From IMG/VR virus record IMGVR_UViG_3300025655_000024, positions 1 to 64,000 of that record: a stretch of 64,000 nucleotides of DNA. The stretch is one strand, 5' to 3'. Below are positions 1 to 8,092 of the stretch, in pieces. Positions within the stretch are counted from its first letter, which is position 1. Every line of letters begins with the position of its first letter. The notes under the pieces were generated by a model that worked only from the letters and a program-made list of their open reading frames with translations, did no database searches and was not told the DNA's origin. The position numbers were made by a program, and so were the translations under genes. This stretch comes from a virus.

Positions 1-1
1 C

Positions 2-184
2 CTCAATCTCAGGCTCTATCGTGAAGCACCATCACAGGATGGACACACGGGCTACACAAAGAAGGGGTTCTATCTCTATCGGGATGAAGCCATCCAATTG
101 CGTGATGCTCTCAATGACCTTCTCGCTGATGGGGCTTTTGACACAAACGACACACGGGAAATTCCTGAAACATTGGAGGGCTAA
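2..184 (+). CDS. PC4/YdbC-like ssDNA-binding protein, 5'-truncated by the window edge (not in ORF track)
   Basis: Frame 2 reads LNLRLYREAPSQDGHTGYTKKGFYLYRDEAIQLRDALNDLL...*, resembling the PC4 pattern (hDhR.a...TxKGhxL...LxxAL); stop TAA at 182-184. Confidence 0.6.
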   Translation, partial: LNLRLYREAPSQDGHTGYTKKGFYLYRDEAIQLRDALNDLLADGAFDTNDTREIPETLEG

Positions 185-186
185 AC

Positions 187-630
187 ATGGACATACGGCT
201 GATACCCAAAAGCGAAGAGTGGTTTGACTTCTATCGTGGTCTTGGTGCTGAATTGATGAACGCATTGGATCTCAACGAAGAGGTGTTTCAAAGCCTCGTG
301 TTTGCTTTGTGGGAGGAAACGACCACGAGGGTTGGGCGTGCGCCATTACCTCTCATGGCTGATTGCATTTACATCATCGCTAAATTGACGGGCAACCGCA
401 AAAGCATCAGGGTGATGAAGAACGCCACCGAAGAGGTGTGGGGCAAACGCACAGACATTTTGCCGTTGGATAGGCGAAGGCAAAAACGAAGGTGGGTGTG
501 GGCGAAGAAGGATTTCATTTGTTCTTTGCTTGTGCTTGATGACGAATCATGGAGGGATTTTGTCGCTGAATGGACTGACGGGGAAACCGAAAAGGTTGTT
601 GCTGATTCGTATTGGGAGGAATCCGAATGA
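187..630 (+). CDS. TFB/TFIIB-like single cyclin-fold protein
   Basis: VGRAPLPLMADCIYIIAKLTGNRKSIRVM resembles the TFB cyclin repeat pattern GRxPxxxAAAxIYIAxxxxGxxRTQ; no N-terminal Zn ribbon. Confidence 0.6.
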   Translation: MDIRLIPKSEEWFDFYRGLGAELMNALDLNEEVFQSLVFALWEETTTRVGRAPLPLMADCIYIIAKLTGNRKSIRVMKNATEEVWGKRTDILPLDRRRQKRRWVWAKKDFICSLLVLDDESWRDFVAEWTDGETEKVVADSYWEESE

Positions 631-830
631 ACATTGAAATTGGTTCTCGTTGGAGGAACAAATACACCCGTGAGCGATTCTTGGTGACAGACATAGAGGT
701 TGTTCCTTTCAGGGGATATAACATCACCACCGATGTGATCGTCGTGTTAAACACCGACACCGACGAAGATGGGCGTTGGGACATATCGTTCTTCAAACAA
801 GCATTTGACCCCCTTGAAGAAGAGGAATGA
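627..830 (+). CDS. Small hypothetical protein, possibly SH3-like (DUF1653-like)
   Basis: ATGA overlap with upstream gene; IEIGSRWRNK...FLVTDI...W...F pattern. Confidence 0.5.
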   Translation: MNIEIGSRWRNKYTRERFLVTDIEVVPFRGYNITTDVIVVLNTDTDEDGRWDISFFKQAFDPLEEEE

Positions 831-2272
831 ACATGGAGTCCATTTCTTTCAGCACAATCGCCGCATCATGCCGTCAGGCATACAATGGTGTCAAAAGACC
901 CACGATTGTGTTGGAGGGTTTGTTCAACCATTCTCCCAAAGACATAGAGGACATCATACGCTTTTGCTACGAGGATAACCGCATTGAACAATCCTTGAGC
1001 GATGAGGATTTACGGGAAATTTACCTATGCTTAACAGACGCTTATCCCGAAGAGGTTGAGGACAACCCTGACCTCGTTCAAATCATCACCCACCTTTCTC
1101 TCGCTGATGAAACGAGAGTCAGCCTGTCATTTGTGCTGAAACAGATGAGTCAAATGTTCAAGGCTGACAACAACAAAACCCGGTCAGTCATTATGAACGG
1201 GCTGTTGAGGCGTGTCAATCAGCGTGATGCCTATTGGCTTCTTATCCGCATGATACGAAGGAGGAATCCTTTCAGGCGGTATCACATTCTCACGGCTCTC
1301 GCCAATCACTACAATCTGTTCTATGAACGGCTCAAGCGTGAAGCCAATTTCATCCCGTTGGTGACTTTGGCTCAACGCCTCAAAGAAGGAAACGATCTCA
1401 TTGGTGTGCCTTCAATCGGAAGCCCGTTGGTTATTCCTTTGCCTGTCAAAGCACCAATCAAGGAACGCTTCGGTGCATACCTTGAGGTGATTCGTGGTGA
1501 ACGGCTCACTATTCACAAAGAAGGCGACATGATTCTCATGTGCGATGTCAATGGACTGTTCCTTGAGGAAACGATAGAGGGCCAACACGAATTGGGTTCA
1601 CTCATCAGCGATGGTATTTACCTCATTGAGCGCGTTGTTCAGGATGACTTCCCGCTACGCTTGGTGGATGTCCTTTACCACAAAGAAGGGCATCACGATG
1701 AGGACTTTGAAACAAGACGGGATTGGTTGCAGGAACACGCTTCGTTGCCCAATTTCTTCAAGCCAATGTATTGGTGCGAGAACCCTCAACAGATTCAGCA
1801 CAAAACGCCACCAAATAGCGTGGCTTTCCTTTATGCTCGTGATGGCAAATTGACATACAACAACACCAAAGAGGAAGTGGTGCGTTTTAGCACAAAGAGC
1901 AGGGGTGAAATCCTCCGGGTGATTGGAGGTATTTACACTCAAGACCATGTGCGTGGTTTAGTGATGAATCGTTGGCGCGTGTCGGCTCGTGATGGCTTAG
2001 ACTCGTATTATGAAGTGGGGGAAATTCAAGCCGAGGACATTGAAATGGAGAAGCGGTTGGCGAGGCTAACCGAACCCTCAAAGGCTTTCGTGGGCGAGGT
2101 TGCCCAAATGAAAGGGGCGACATTTGTTGAGGTTGAATTGCACCACGCCGACTACGATCATCGTGGGATTTCAATATCAGGGTCTATTGTTGGCATTGTG
2201 TCCAATGCGGGATTCAGCGATGTCGTTGCTGTTGAGGACTTGGAGTGGTTGGCGGGTGATGTGGATGGCTGA
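827..2272 (+). CDS. ATP-dependent DNA ligase homolog, apparently catalytically degenerate
   Basis: Helical N-domain, adenylation-like domain (GERLTIHKEGD; LVDVLY) and OB-like domain (RVIGG...SARDG...YEVG); motif I reads EVIRGER instead of KxDGxR. Confidence 0.75.
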   Translation: MNMESISFSTIAASCRQAYNGVKRPTIVLEGLFNHSPKDIEDIIRFCYEDNRIEQSLSDEDLREIYLCLTDAYPEEVEDNPDLVQIITHLSLADETRVSLSFVLKQMSQMFKADNNKTRSVIMNGLLRRVNQRDAYWLLIRMIRRRNPFRRYHILTALANHYNLFYERLKREANFIPLVTLAQRLKEGNDLIGVPSIGSPLVIPLPVKAPIKERFGAYLEVIRGERLTIHKEGDMILMCDVNGLFLEETIEGQHELGSLISDGIYLIERVVQDDFPLRLVDVLYHKEGHHDEDFETRRDWLQEHASLPNFFKPMYWCENPQQIQHKTPPNSVAFLYARDGKLTYNNTKEEVVRFSTKSRGEILRVIGGIYTQDHVRGLVMNRWRVSARDGLDSYYEVGEIQAEDIEMEKRLARLTEPSKAFVGEVAQMKGATFVEVELHHADYDHRGISISGSIVGIVSNAGFSDVVAVEDLEWLAGDVDG

Positions 2273-2885
2273 CGATTATTTCAAGCGAAGCAATTGGAAT
2301 AGGAAAGACGAATACTACACGCCTCCTATTTTGGTTGAAGCCATCCTCCCCCACATTGTTGGGAACCCTAAAGAAACAACGGTTTGGTGTCCTTTTGATA
2401 CCGATAAAAGTGCGTTTGTTGAAATTTTGCGGGAACGAAATTTCAAAGTCATCCATTCTCACATTTGGGAGGGGAAGGATTTCTTTCAATACGAACCCGA
2501 AGAAGAATACGATTACATCATTTCAAACCCTCCTTTCACGAGGAAATTGGATGTTTTCAAGAGGCTTTTTGATTTGGGGAAGCCCTTTGCTATGGTGATG
2601 GGGCTTCCCATTTTGAATTATCAAGAGGTTGGGGATTTCTTCACGAAACATCAACAACAAGGGCATCACATTCAATTGCTGATAGTGGACAAAAAGGTGT
2701 CCTTTGACGGCAATACCGCCTCTTTCAACAATTCGTTTTTCTGTTGGGATATGCTACAAAGGGACATTGTTTTTCACCATTTAGCCCACAACAATTCAGG
2801 GGACGATCACATTGGGAGTCGCATGAAAGTGGATTCCGAAGAGAGAGGAATAGAACCGCTACCCGTGAGGTGGTTATTTGATTGA
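2265..2885 (+). CDS. Orphan amino (probably N6-adenine) methyltransferase, NPPF type
   Basis: DEYYTP, VWCPFD, GKDFF, IISNPPF motifs; start placed at ATG 2265 after GGTGAT SD. Confidence 0.8.
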   Translation: MADDYFKRSNWNRKDEYYTPPILVEAILPHIVGNPKETTVWCPFDTDKSAFVEILRERNFKVIHSHIWEGKDFFQYEPEEEYDYIISNPPFTRKLDVFKRLFDLGKPFAMVMGLPILNYQEVGDFFTKHQQQGHHIQLLIVDKKVSFDGNTASFNNSFFCWDMLQRDIVFHHLAHNNSGDDHIGSRMKVDSEERGIEPLPVRWLFD

Positions 2886-3252
2886 TGAAGAAACAATTAC
2901 CATGCTGTTGCTCGCAACCAACGCACGCTTCCGCATAGGTGTGCGATTCACCACAAATAACCAAACGGGCTATGAAATCCGACCCGAATGTATTCTTTTT
3001 GGGAGGAACACGATACCCGAAGCCGTTCAATTGGTCTTGAAGGAGAACGGTTTGCCCGTTCAAAATCAATTCACTGATGCGGTGCATCTTCAAAAAATGC
3101 TGAGAATCACAAAGGCTTGGCGGGACTTTACCAAAGAGCCTGAAGGGTGGCTTCTTGTAGCGCGGTTTAATGGGCGTGTTCCCGAATTGAAATTCCACGA
3201 GGATGTTGAACAGGCATTGAATGTGTTTGAGGATGATGATGATGCTTTATGA
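2878..3252 (+). CDS. Degenerate single-domain LAGLIDADG-fold protein
   Basis: FRIGVRFTTNNQTGYEIRPEC resembles the beta hairpin of I-CreI-like enzymes; the preceding helix (LLLATNA) has no catalytic acid. Confidence 0.45.
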   Translation: MIDEETITMLLLATNARFRIGVRFTTNNQTGYEIRPECILFGRNTIPEAVQLVLKENGLPVQNQFTDAVHLQKMLRITKAWRDFTKEPEGWLLVARFNGRVPELKFHEDVEQALNVFEDDDDAL

Positions 3253-3817
3253 CGAAACGCCCACAGAAGAGGCGGTGGATTGGTTTGCCGTCTGTCCGAA
3301 TTCGGATTCTCAATACGAAGCACCACTCCCAACCGGGCTGTTTGATGTGCTGAGGTTATACACTAACGAATGGGATCGTGCCGTTGTTGGTAAAGCCATC
3401 AAGCACACGAAAGGAAACATTCTCTTCGGACTTCATGTTTTGTTGCGAACCTTCCCCAACAACATCGCGCTTGAAATGTGTGCGCGTGAATTCGCCCATC
3501 GCATCCCGTTCCGTTTGCTCGCTGACATAATCGCGCTTTCGCATAACGGAACAAGTCGCAAACGCTTGGTGTTTCCCGACAAACGACAGAAGCCTGTGCC
3601 TTCTTCGTTGCTCAAGGCATTCGGTTTGCGAGGTTCGGAAAGTGGGTGGTTTGACCGCTTGGCTCAGAACGAGGATTTTGTTCGCTCGGTGGGCTTGAAT
3701 ATCAAAAACGAGGATTGGGAATTTATCACCATGTATGATAAAGCAACGCTGTTCAAATCGGACACAAAACAAAGCACTGCGAGCCATAGAGGTGCAAATC
3801 AGGGGGCTTTGTTTTGA
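3221..3817 (+). CDS. Hypothetical protein; possible reduced clamp-loader large subunit (true start probably 3233-3242)
   Basis: Directly upstream of RFC; helical segment LFDVLRLYTNEWDR; C-terminal PIP-like QGALF. Confidence 0.45.
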   Translation: MCLRMMMMLYDETPTEEAVDWFAVCPNSDSQYEAPLPTGLFDVLRLYTNEWDRAVVGKAIKHTKGNILFGLHVLLRTFPNNIALEMCAREFAHRIPFRLLADIIALSHNGTSRKRLVFPDKRQKPVPSSLLKAFGLRGSESGWFDRLAQNEDFVRSVGLNIKNEDWEFITMYDKATLFKSDTKQSTASHRGANQGALF

Positions 3818-3819
3818 CA

Positions 3820-3868
3820 CCGATGCTTTTATACACAAGACCCTATTGGCAGGGGTGCTAACGGAGGA
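3820..3868 (+). promoter_or_regulatory. Putative archaeal TATA promoter and SD for the RFC-PolB operon
   Basis: Intergenic TTTTATA at 3827-3833; GGAGGA at 3863-3868 before ATG. Confidence 0.5.
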
Positions 3869-4822
3869 ATGACGATGACGCAATTGTGGCTCAAATACCG
3901 ACCCGATACGATGAGGAACATGGTTGGGCTTGAGGGCTTGAAGAAAGACGCTCAGTCATGGGCTGTGGCAGGTTCTCTCCGCTGTGGTGGTGTCATTTTC
4001 AACGGTAAGGCGGGAACGGGTAAAACCACCGCCGCACGAGCCATCGCCAAGGATATGCTTGGTTCGGCTTTTGAAGCCAATTTTCATGTGTTCAACGCCT
4101 CCGATGATAGAGGCATCAATTTTGTCCGTGAACGCCTAAAGCCCTTGGCTGAACAGAAGGCTACGGGTGCTAATTTCAAAGTCATCAACCTTGACGAAGC
4201 CGATGGTCTAACAAACGATGCTCAGGAGTCCATGCGACAAATCATTGAGATCACGAGCAAACACACTTTATGGATTCTCACCTGCAACCGTGTGAGCCGT
4301 ATCATCCCTGCACTTCGCTCAAGACTCCCCACATACAATTTTGGTGGGCTTGAAGGCGAGGATGCCGAGTCTTTCTTGGAGAATGTCATTGAAACCGAGA
4401 ATTTCCCGCAGGATTGGGTATATAGCGTCAAATCCTTGATTGGTAAAACCAACGGTGACTTGCGTGCGTGCCTAAAGACCATGCAAATTTGTGACCCAAC
4501 AGACCCAAAGGCACTCGCCCTCACAATCGCACAGGATTATAGTGCGGTCATCGCACTCTATGACTCCATCGTTCAGCACGAATGGGAGGATTGTTTCACT
4601 CAAATTGACATTATTGACCGTCAGGGCGTTGTGCGTGACGAGGTTATTGATGCAATACACGAAGCGTGCATGGAAAAATACAAAGCGGGCGACATTGGCA
4701 TCCAAATCGCCCTTCTCCACCTGCTGATTCTCGGTCAGTGGGCGGCAAAATCGGCTGATTGGGTATCAGGCGACATCCTATTCCTCCGATCAATGATTGG
4801 GGATTATAACAAGAGGTGTTAA
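3869..4822 (+). CDS. rfcS: Replication factor C small subunit (clamp loader)
   Basis: WLKYRP, Walker A GKAGTGKT, NASDDRG, Walker B LDEADGL, IIPALRSR, GDLR. Confidence 0.95.
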   Translation: MTMTQLWLKYRPDTMRNMVGLEGLKKDAQSWAVAGSLRCGGVIFNGKAGTGKTTAARAIAKDMLGSAFEANFHVFNASDDRGINFVRERLKPLAEQKATGANFKVINLDEADGLTNDAQESMRQIIEITSKHTLWILTCNRVSRIIPALRSRLPTYNFGGLEGEDAESFLENVIETENFPQDWVYSVKSLIGKTNGDLRACLKTMQICDPTDPKALALTIAQDYSAVIALYDSIVQHEWEDCFTQIDIIDRQGVVRDEVIDAIHEACMEKYKAGDIGIQIALLHLLILGQWAAKSADWVSGDILFLRSMIGDYNKRC

Positions 4823-6177
4823 AATTGACAGAAGAAAGAGAAATTGGATATGAATGTATTGAAGAAGCCGCCACCATTTTGGGCGTTGAAAGGGCAGAAG
4901 CCCTTGAGTCCTTTGGCTCGTGGATGGGAGAGGTTTTCCCTGATATGTGGGCTGAATGTGGACAAGACGCGCTGAACCTTGAGGATGAGGACTTCAATCA
5001 CTATGCGGATATGTTCGTTCTCGCTGTGCGACCTTCGGGTGGTTCAAGCGGTGGCGTTGGCGGTGGTCGTGGTGAGGAATGGGTCGGTGCTTTCATCGGC
5101 TTTGACCGAAGGACTGACATGATGAAGCGAAAGCGTGACATGGCAATTGACATCGCAACGGCTGATTTGAGTGGTGCTATTCGCAACGGGTTCACCTACA
5201 ACGGCAACAAGGTCGGGATTGGTCGTGCTTTCACCAAAGACGGCAAATGGCTCATTGAACACTCTCAAGGTGTGTATCAAAGCGATAAGGATGCCGATTC
5301 TCAACCATCGTGGGTCATTCCCATCAACGAGAAGGTGAACATCTCCATGCTCAAGCCCGACAACACTCCTACACTCGCCTACATGACGAAGAGTGTTTGG
5401 ACTTTTCACGGCAACACCAAAGAGAAATTCTTGTCCGAAGGGCCAATCACCGTCAAGGTTGAAGGTCAATGGGAGGCGGCAGATCACGATTGGAAATTGT
5501 GGCAACCTGTTCTCATCAAGGGCGAATTTGACGCTGAGGGTTGGAATGGCTCAGGGGCAACGCTGTCCGTGAGCAACCCTGCCTGTGCCTACGGTCTTGA
5601 TTGGATTCCCGAACAGAATCGTGAAGCGGGTGCATCCCTCTTCAAACCTGAGCAATTCCTCACAACCTGTGGAGAAGCACTCGTCAATCTCGGTGATTTG
5701 CTTGACCATCACATGACAAACCGAACCGAGTCCTATGTGGACAGGAACGGTGTGCAACGCTACGATGGTGCTTTGGTTGTCATCGTTGGGGGTGTCATGG
5801 ACATCAATCACGAAGGTCGTGAGTCCCAATGGGATTCAACGGGTCGTGATTATTACCTCTCCATCTCCAATCAGGTGTTGCGACGAGAAGATCCCAACGC
5901 TCGCATTGGCATCGGTGTGAGTGGCATCCACCACGACAAATTCAACGCCATGAATGTGTTGAAGGGTGGCGAGTGGCTACCCTACGCTCGTGGTTCTCGC
6001 ATTTGGGTCGTTGGTCGCACCGACTCCTATACCAACACCAACGGTGAGGATGTCGTCAAAATCAACGCACATGGCATTTACGCCATTCCCAACAAATCTA
6101 TTCCCGCACAGAAACCGAGCGAGGACTCCAATGACCTCGGCAATCTCGGTGGATTTGGTGTCGGAGGTGATGAGTGA
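4816..6177 (+). CDS. Probable RPA-like OB-fold ssDNA-binding protein
   Basis: Position between RFC and RecA-like ATPase; OB-like C-terminus YARGSRIWVVGRT...KINAHGIY. Confidence 0.6.
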   Translation: MLKLTEEREIGYECIEEAATILGVERAEALESFGSWMGEVFPDMWAECGQDALNLEDEDFNHYADMFVLAVRPSGGSSGGVGGGRGEEWVGAFIGFDRRTDMMKRKRDMAIDIATADLSGAIRNGFTYNGNKVGIGRAFTKDGKWLIEHSQGVYQSDKDADSQPSWVIPINEKVNISMLKPDNTPTLAYMTKSVWTFHGNTKEKFLSEGPITVKVEGQWEAADHDWKLWQPVLIKGEFDAEGWNGSGATLSVSNPACAYGLDWIPEQNREAGASLFKPEQFLTTCGEALVNLGDLLDHHMTNRTESYVDRNGVQRYDGALVVIVGGVMDINHEGRESQWDSTGRDYYLSISNQVLRREDPNARIGIGVSGIHHDKFNAMNVLKGGEWLPYARGSRIWVVGRTDSYTNTNGEDVVKINAHGIYAIPNKSIPAQKPSEDSNDLGNLGGFGVGGDE

Positions 6178-7316
6178 TGTCAGGAACAGGATTTTTGGAT
6201 GGATTCAAGGAACAGAAGGGCAATTTTGAGCCACCCGTCAAGGGTGCTGAACCAAAGCCTGAGCCGAAGGCTCAAGCAAAGCCCACACCACAACAGCCAA
6301 AGCCACAGGCTGAGGCTAAACCACAACAACCCAAGCCGAAGCCACAGGCGGTTGCTCACGAAGCACCCACATTCAAAGCATCGGCTAACATGAACCCGGT
6401 CATCGCTCGTATGATTCAATCAGCACGCACTATGGCTGTCCGTCAAGACACCTTCGTGATGTGCGGTATCGCAGGGCATCCCAAAACGGGAAAAACGGGT
6501 ATGGTGCTTGACAGCCTCACCCCTGATGAAATCGCCAATGGTGCTGAAATTTGGCACATTGACTTTGACCTTGGTGGTGAAACCACGAAGGCGGCACACC
6601 ACAAGGATAAGGCGGCAAACATTGTTGTTCTCAATCCGTGGGTTTTCAATTATGGAAACAGTCGTGTGCCGTATGATTTCCCTGCAACCTTTCAGCAGAC
6701 CATTGACATTCTCAAGGCGGCACAAGCACAAATGGAGGAACAGAACAATTTCTTCATGGAACATGGTAAAATGCCCAAGCCATACCTCAAGACTGTCGTG
6801 TTTGATGGGGCAGACCATTGGCTTCACATCACTGAAACCTGCATGAAGGTGGATGATCTTGAATTGGGCGTTGATGGTATTGCTGTGGCCGGGAAGAAGG
6901 CAACCACACAGATTGGTCGTTTCAATTGGAACATTCGTGCGACCCGATACCAAACCGCTATGGTCGCTCTCCGTGAATTGTGTCGTGGTGGTGTTCATTC
7001 GTATGTTATCACTCACATGAAACCCGCCTATGACAACACGGGCAACGAATTGGTGGGTCAGGACTCACCCAAGTGGCTCAAGGACACCGAAGGACACCTT
7101 CAACAAGTGGTCTATACCGAAATTGAAGAGGAACGGGATGAGAACGGTGAATTGACGGGCGTTGTGCGTGGTTATGCACGAGTCGTGGCGAACCGCACTT
7201 CTCTCCAATCAGGTGGCCGACATTTGCTCTTTGAACGCAACAACGAGGGCGGAACATGGTATGGTTGGGATGGACTCAAGAAAGGTGAATTTGACATCGC
7301 AGGAGGTGATGAGTGA
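6174..7316 (+). CDS. RecA/RadA-superfamily ATPase (Sak4/AAA_24-like)
   Basis: Walker A GHPKTGKT, HIDFDLG, Walker B TVVFDG, YVITH; Pro/Gln/Lys-rich N-terminal linker. Confidence 0.8.
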   Translation: MMSGTGFLDGFKEQKGNFEPPVKGAEPKPEPKAQAKPTPQQPKPQAEAKPQQPKPKPQAVAHEAPTFKASANMNPVIARMIQSARTMAVRQDTFVMCGIAGHPKTGKTGMVLDSLTPDEIANGAEIWHIDFDLGGETTKAAHHKDKAANIVVLNPWVFNYGNSRVPYDFPATFQQTIDILKAAQAQMEEQNNFFMEHGKMPKPYLKTVVFDGADHWLHITETCMKVDDLELGVDGIAVAGKKATTQIGRFNWNIRATRYQTAMVALRELCRGGVHSYVITHMKPAYDNTGNELVGQDSPKWLKDTEGHLQQVVYTEIEEERDENGELTGVVRGYARVVANRTSLQSGGRHLLFERNNEGGTWYGWDGLKKGEFDIAGGDE

Positions 7317-8092
7317 TGGTTCAAGTCGTCATCAATCGCAACCACTTCAATTCGTTCATGTCGGGCTTCTCGGCTATGGATGATCTTGTTCTCCACGCCA
7401 ATGAAGAAACCCAACGCATTTACGCATCGGGAACGGCTGACCGAGCCTTCTTCATCAATCGTTGGGCGGGTGCTGATGTTGTTGAAGGAGGAAACATTGT
7501 CATGGGTCAAATCGGCACAATCATTTCTCTCGTCAAGGATTTACCACAAACGGAGGAAAACGAAATCCGACTCTCCTGTGACGGTGATACCCTCACCATC
7601 ATGTCAGGTGGGTCGTTCTTCCGCATTCCAACATTGGCTTCGGCCACTTCGTCAGCGGGCGTTGAACAATTGCTGAACACCCTTGAGGAATCACGGGGTT
7701 CTGACTACGCTCGCTTCGGCCAATCGGACTTCGCATACAAATACCAATTTGAATCAAACACGGTTCGTGCATTACAAAAAATCGGTTCGTCAATCAACAG
7801 CGGGGCGTTGTTTTGCTTGATTGTGTCGGGCGATGAATTGGTCTATGTGGTTCAGCGTGATGGTATTCGCATTGAACACACGATTGAAGCGATTCAAAGT
7901 GACTGTCTTGAAGAAGAAACATCCATTTGGTTTGGTTCTTGGTTGTTGGATGCACTGAAGGCTATGCCGAGTGGTGGTGTCATCCATTTGTCGTGTGGTG
8001 CTGACACGCCTCTCCTGCTTCGTCACGAAGCCGTTGAGGGTCAGGAACACGGCACAACCGTCATTGTAGCACCTCGGCAAGAAGCCGAGTGA
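7313..8092 (+). CDS. pcn: Sliding clamp (PCNA-like)
   Basis: 259 aa, acidic, immediately upstream of PolB; C-terminal LLDALK...TPLLL...VIVAPR typical of clamps. Confidence 0.75.
   Translation: MMVQVVINRNHFNSFMSGFSAMDDLVLHANEETQRIYASGTADRAFFINRWAGADVVEGGNIVMGQIGTIISLVKDLPQTEENEIRLSCDGDTLTIMSGGSFFRIPTLASATSSAGVEQLLNTLEESRGSDYARFGQSDFAYKYQFESNTVRALQKIGSSINSGALFCLIVSGDELVYVVQRDGIRIEHTIEAIQSDCLEEETSIWFGSWLLDALKAMPSGGVIHLSCGADTPLLLRHEAVEGQEHGTTVIVAPRQEAE

Noticed and set aside
21-227. ORF-track 68-aa ORF
   Set aside because: Overlaps the more plausible PC4-like frame (2-184) and the TFB-like gene
6240-6350. Short imperfect repeats (aagcc/caac)
   Set aside because: They encode a Pro/Gln/Lys linker of the ATPase and are not an array or origin
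6163-7316. Shared C-terminal GGDE/GGE peptides as a sorting signal
   Set aside because: Explained as a by-product of the GGAGGTGA Shine-Dalgarno sequence of the next gene
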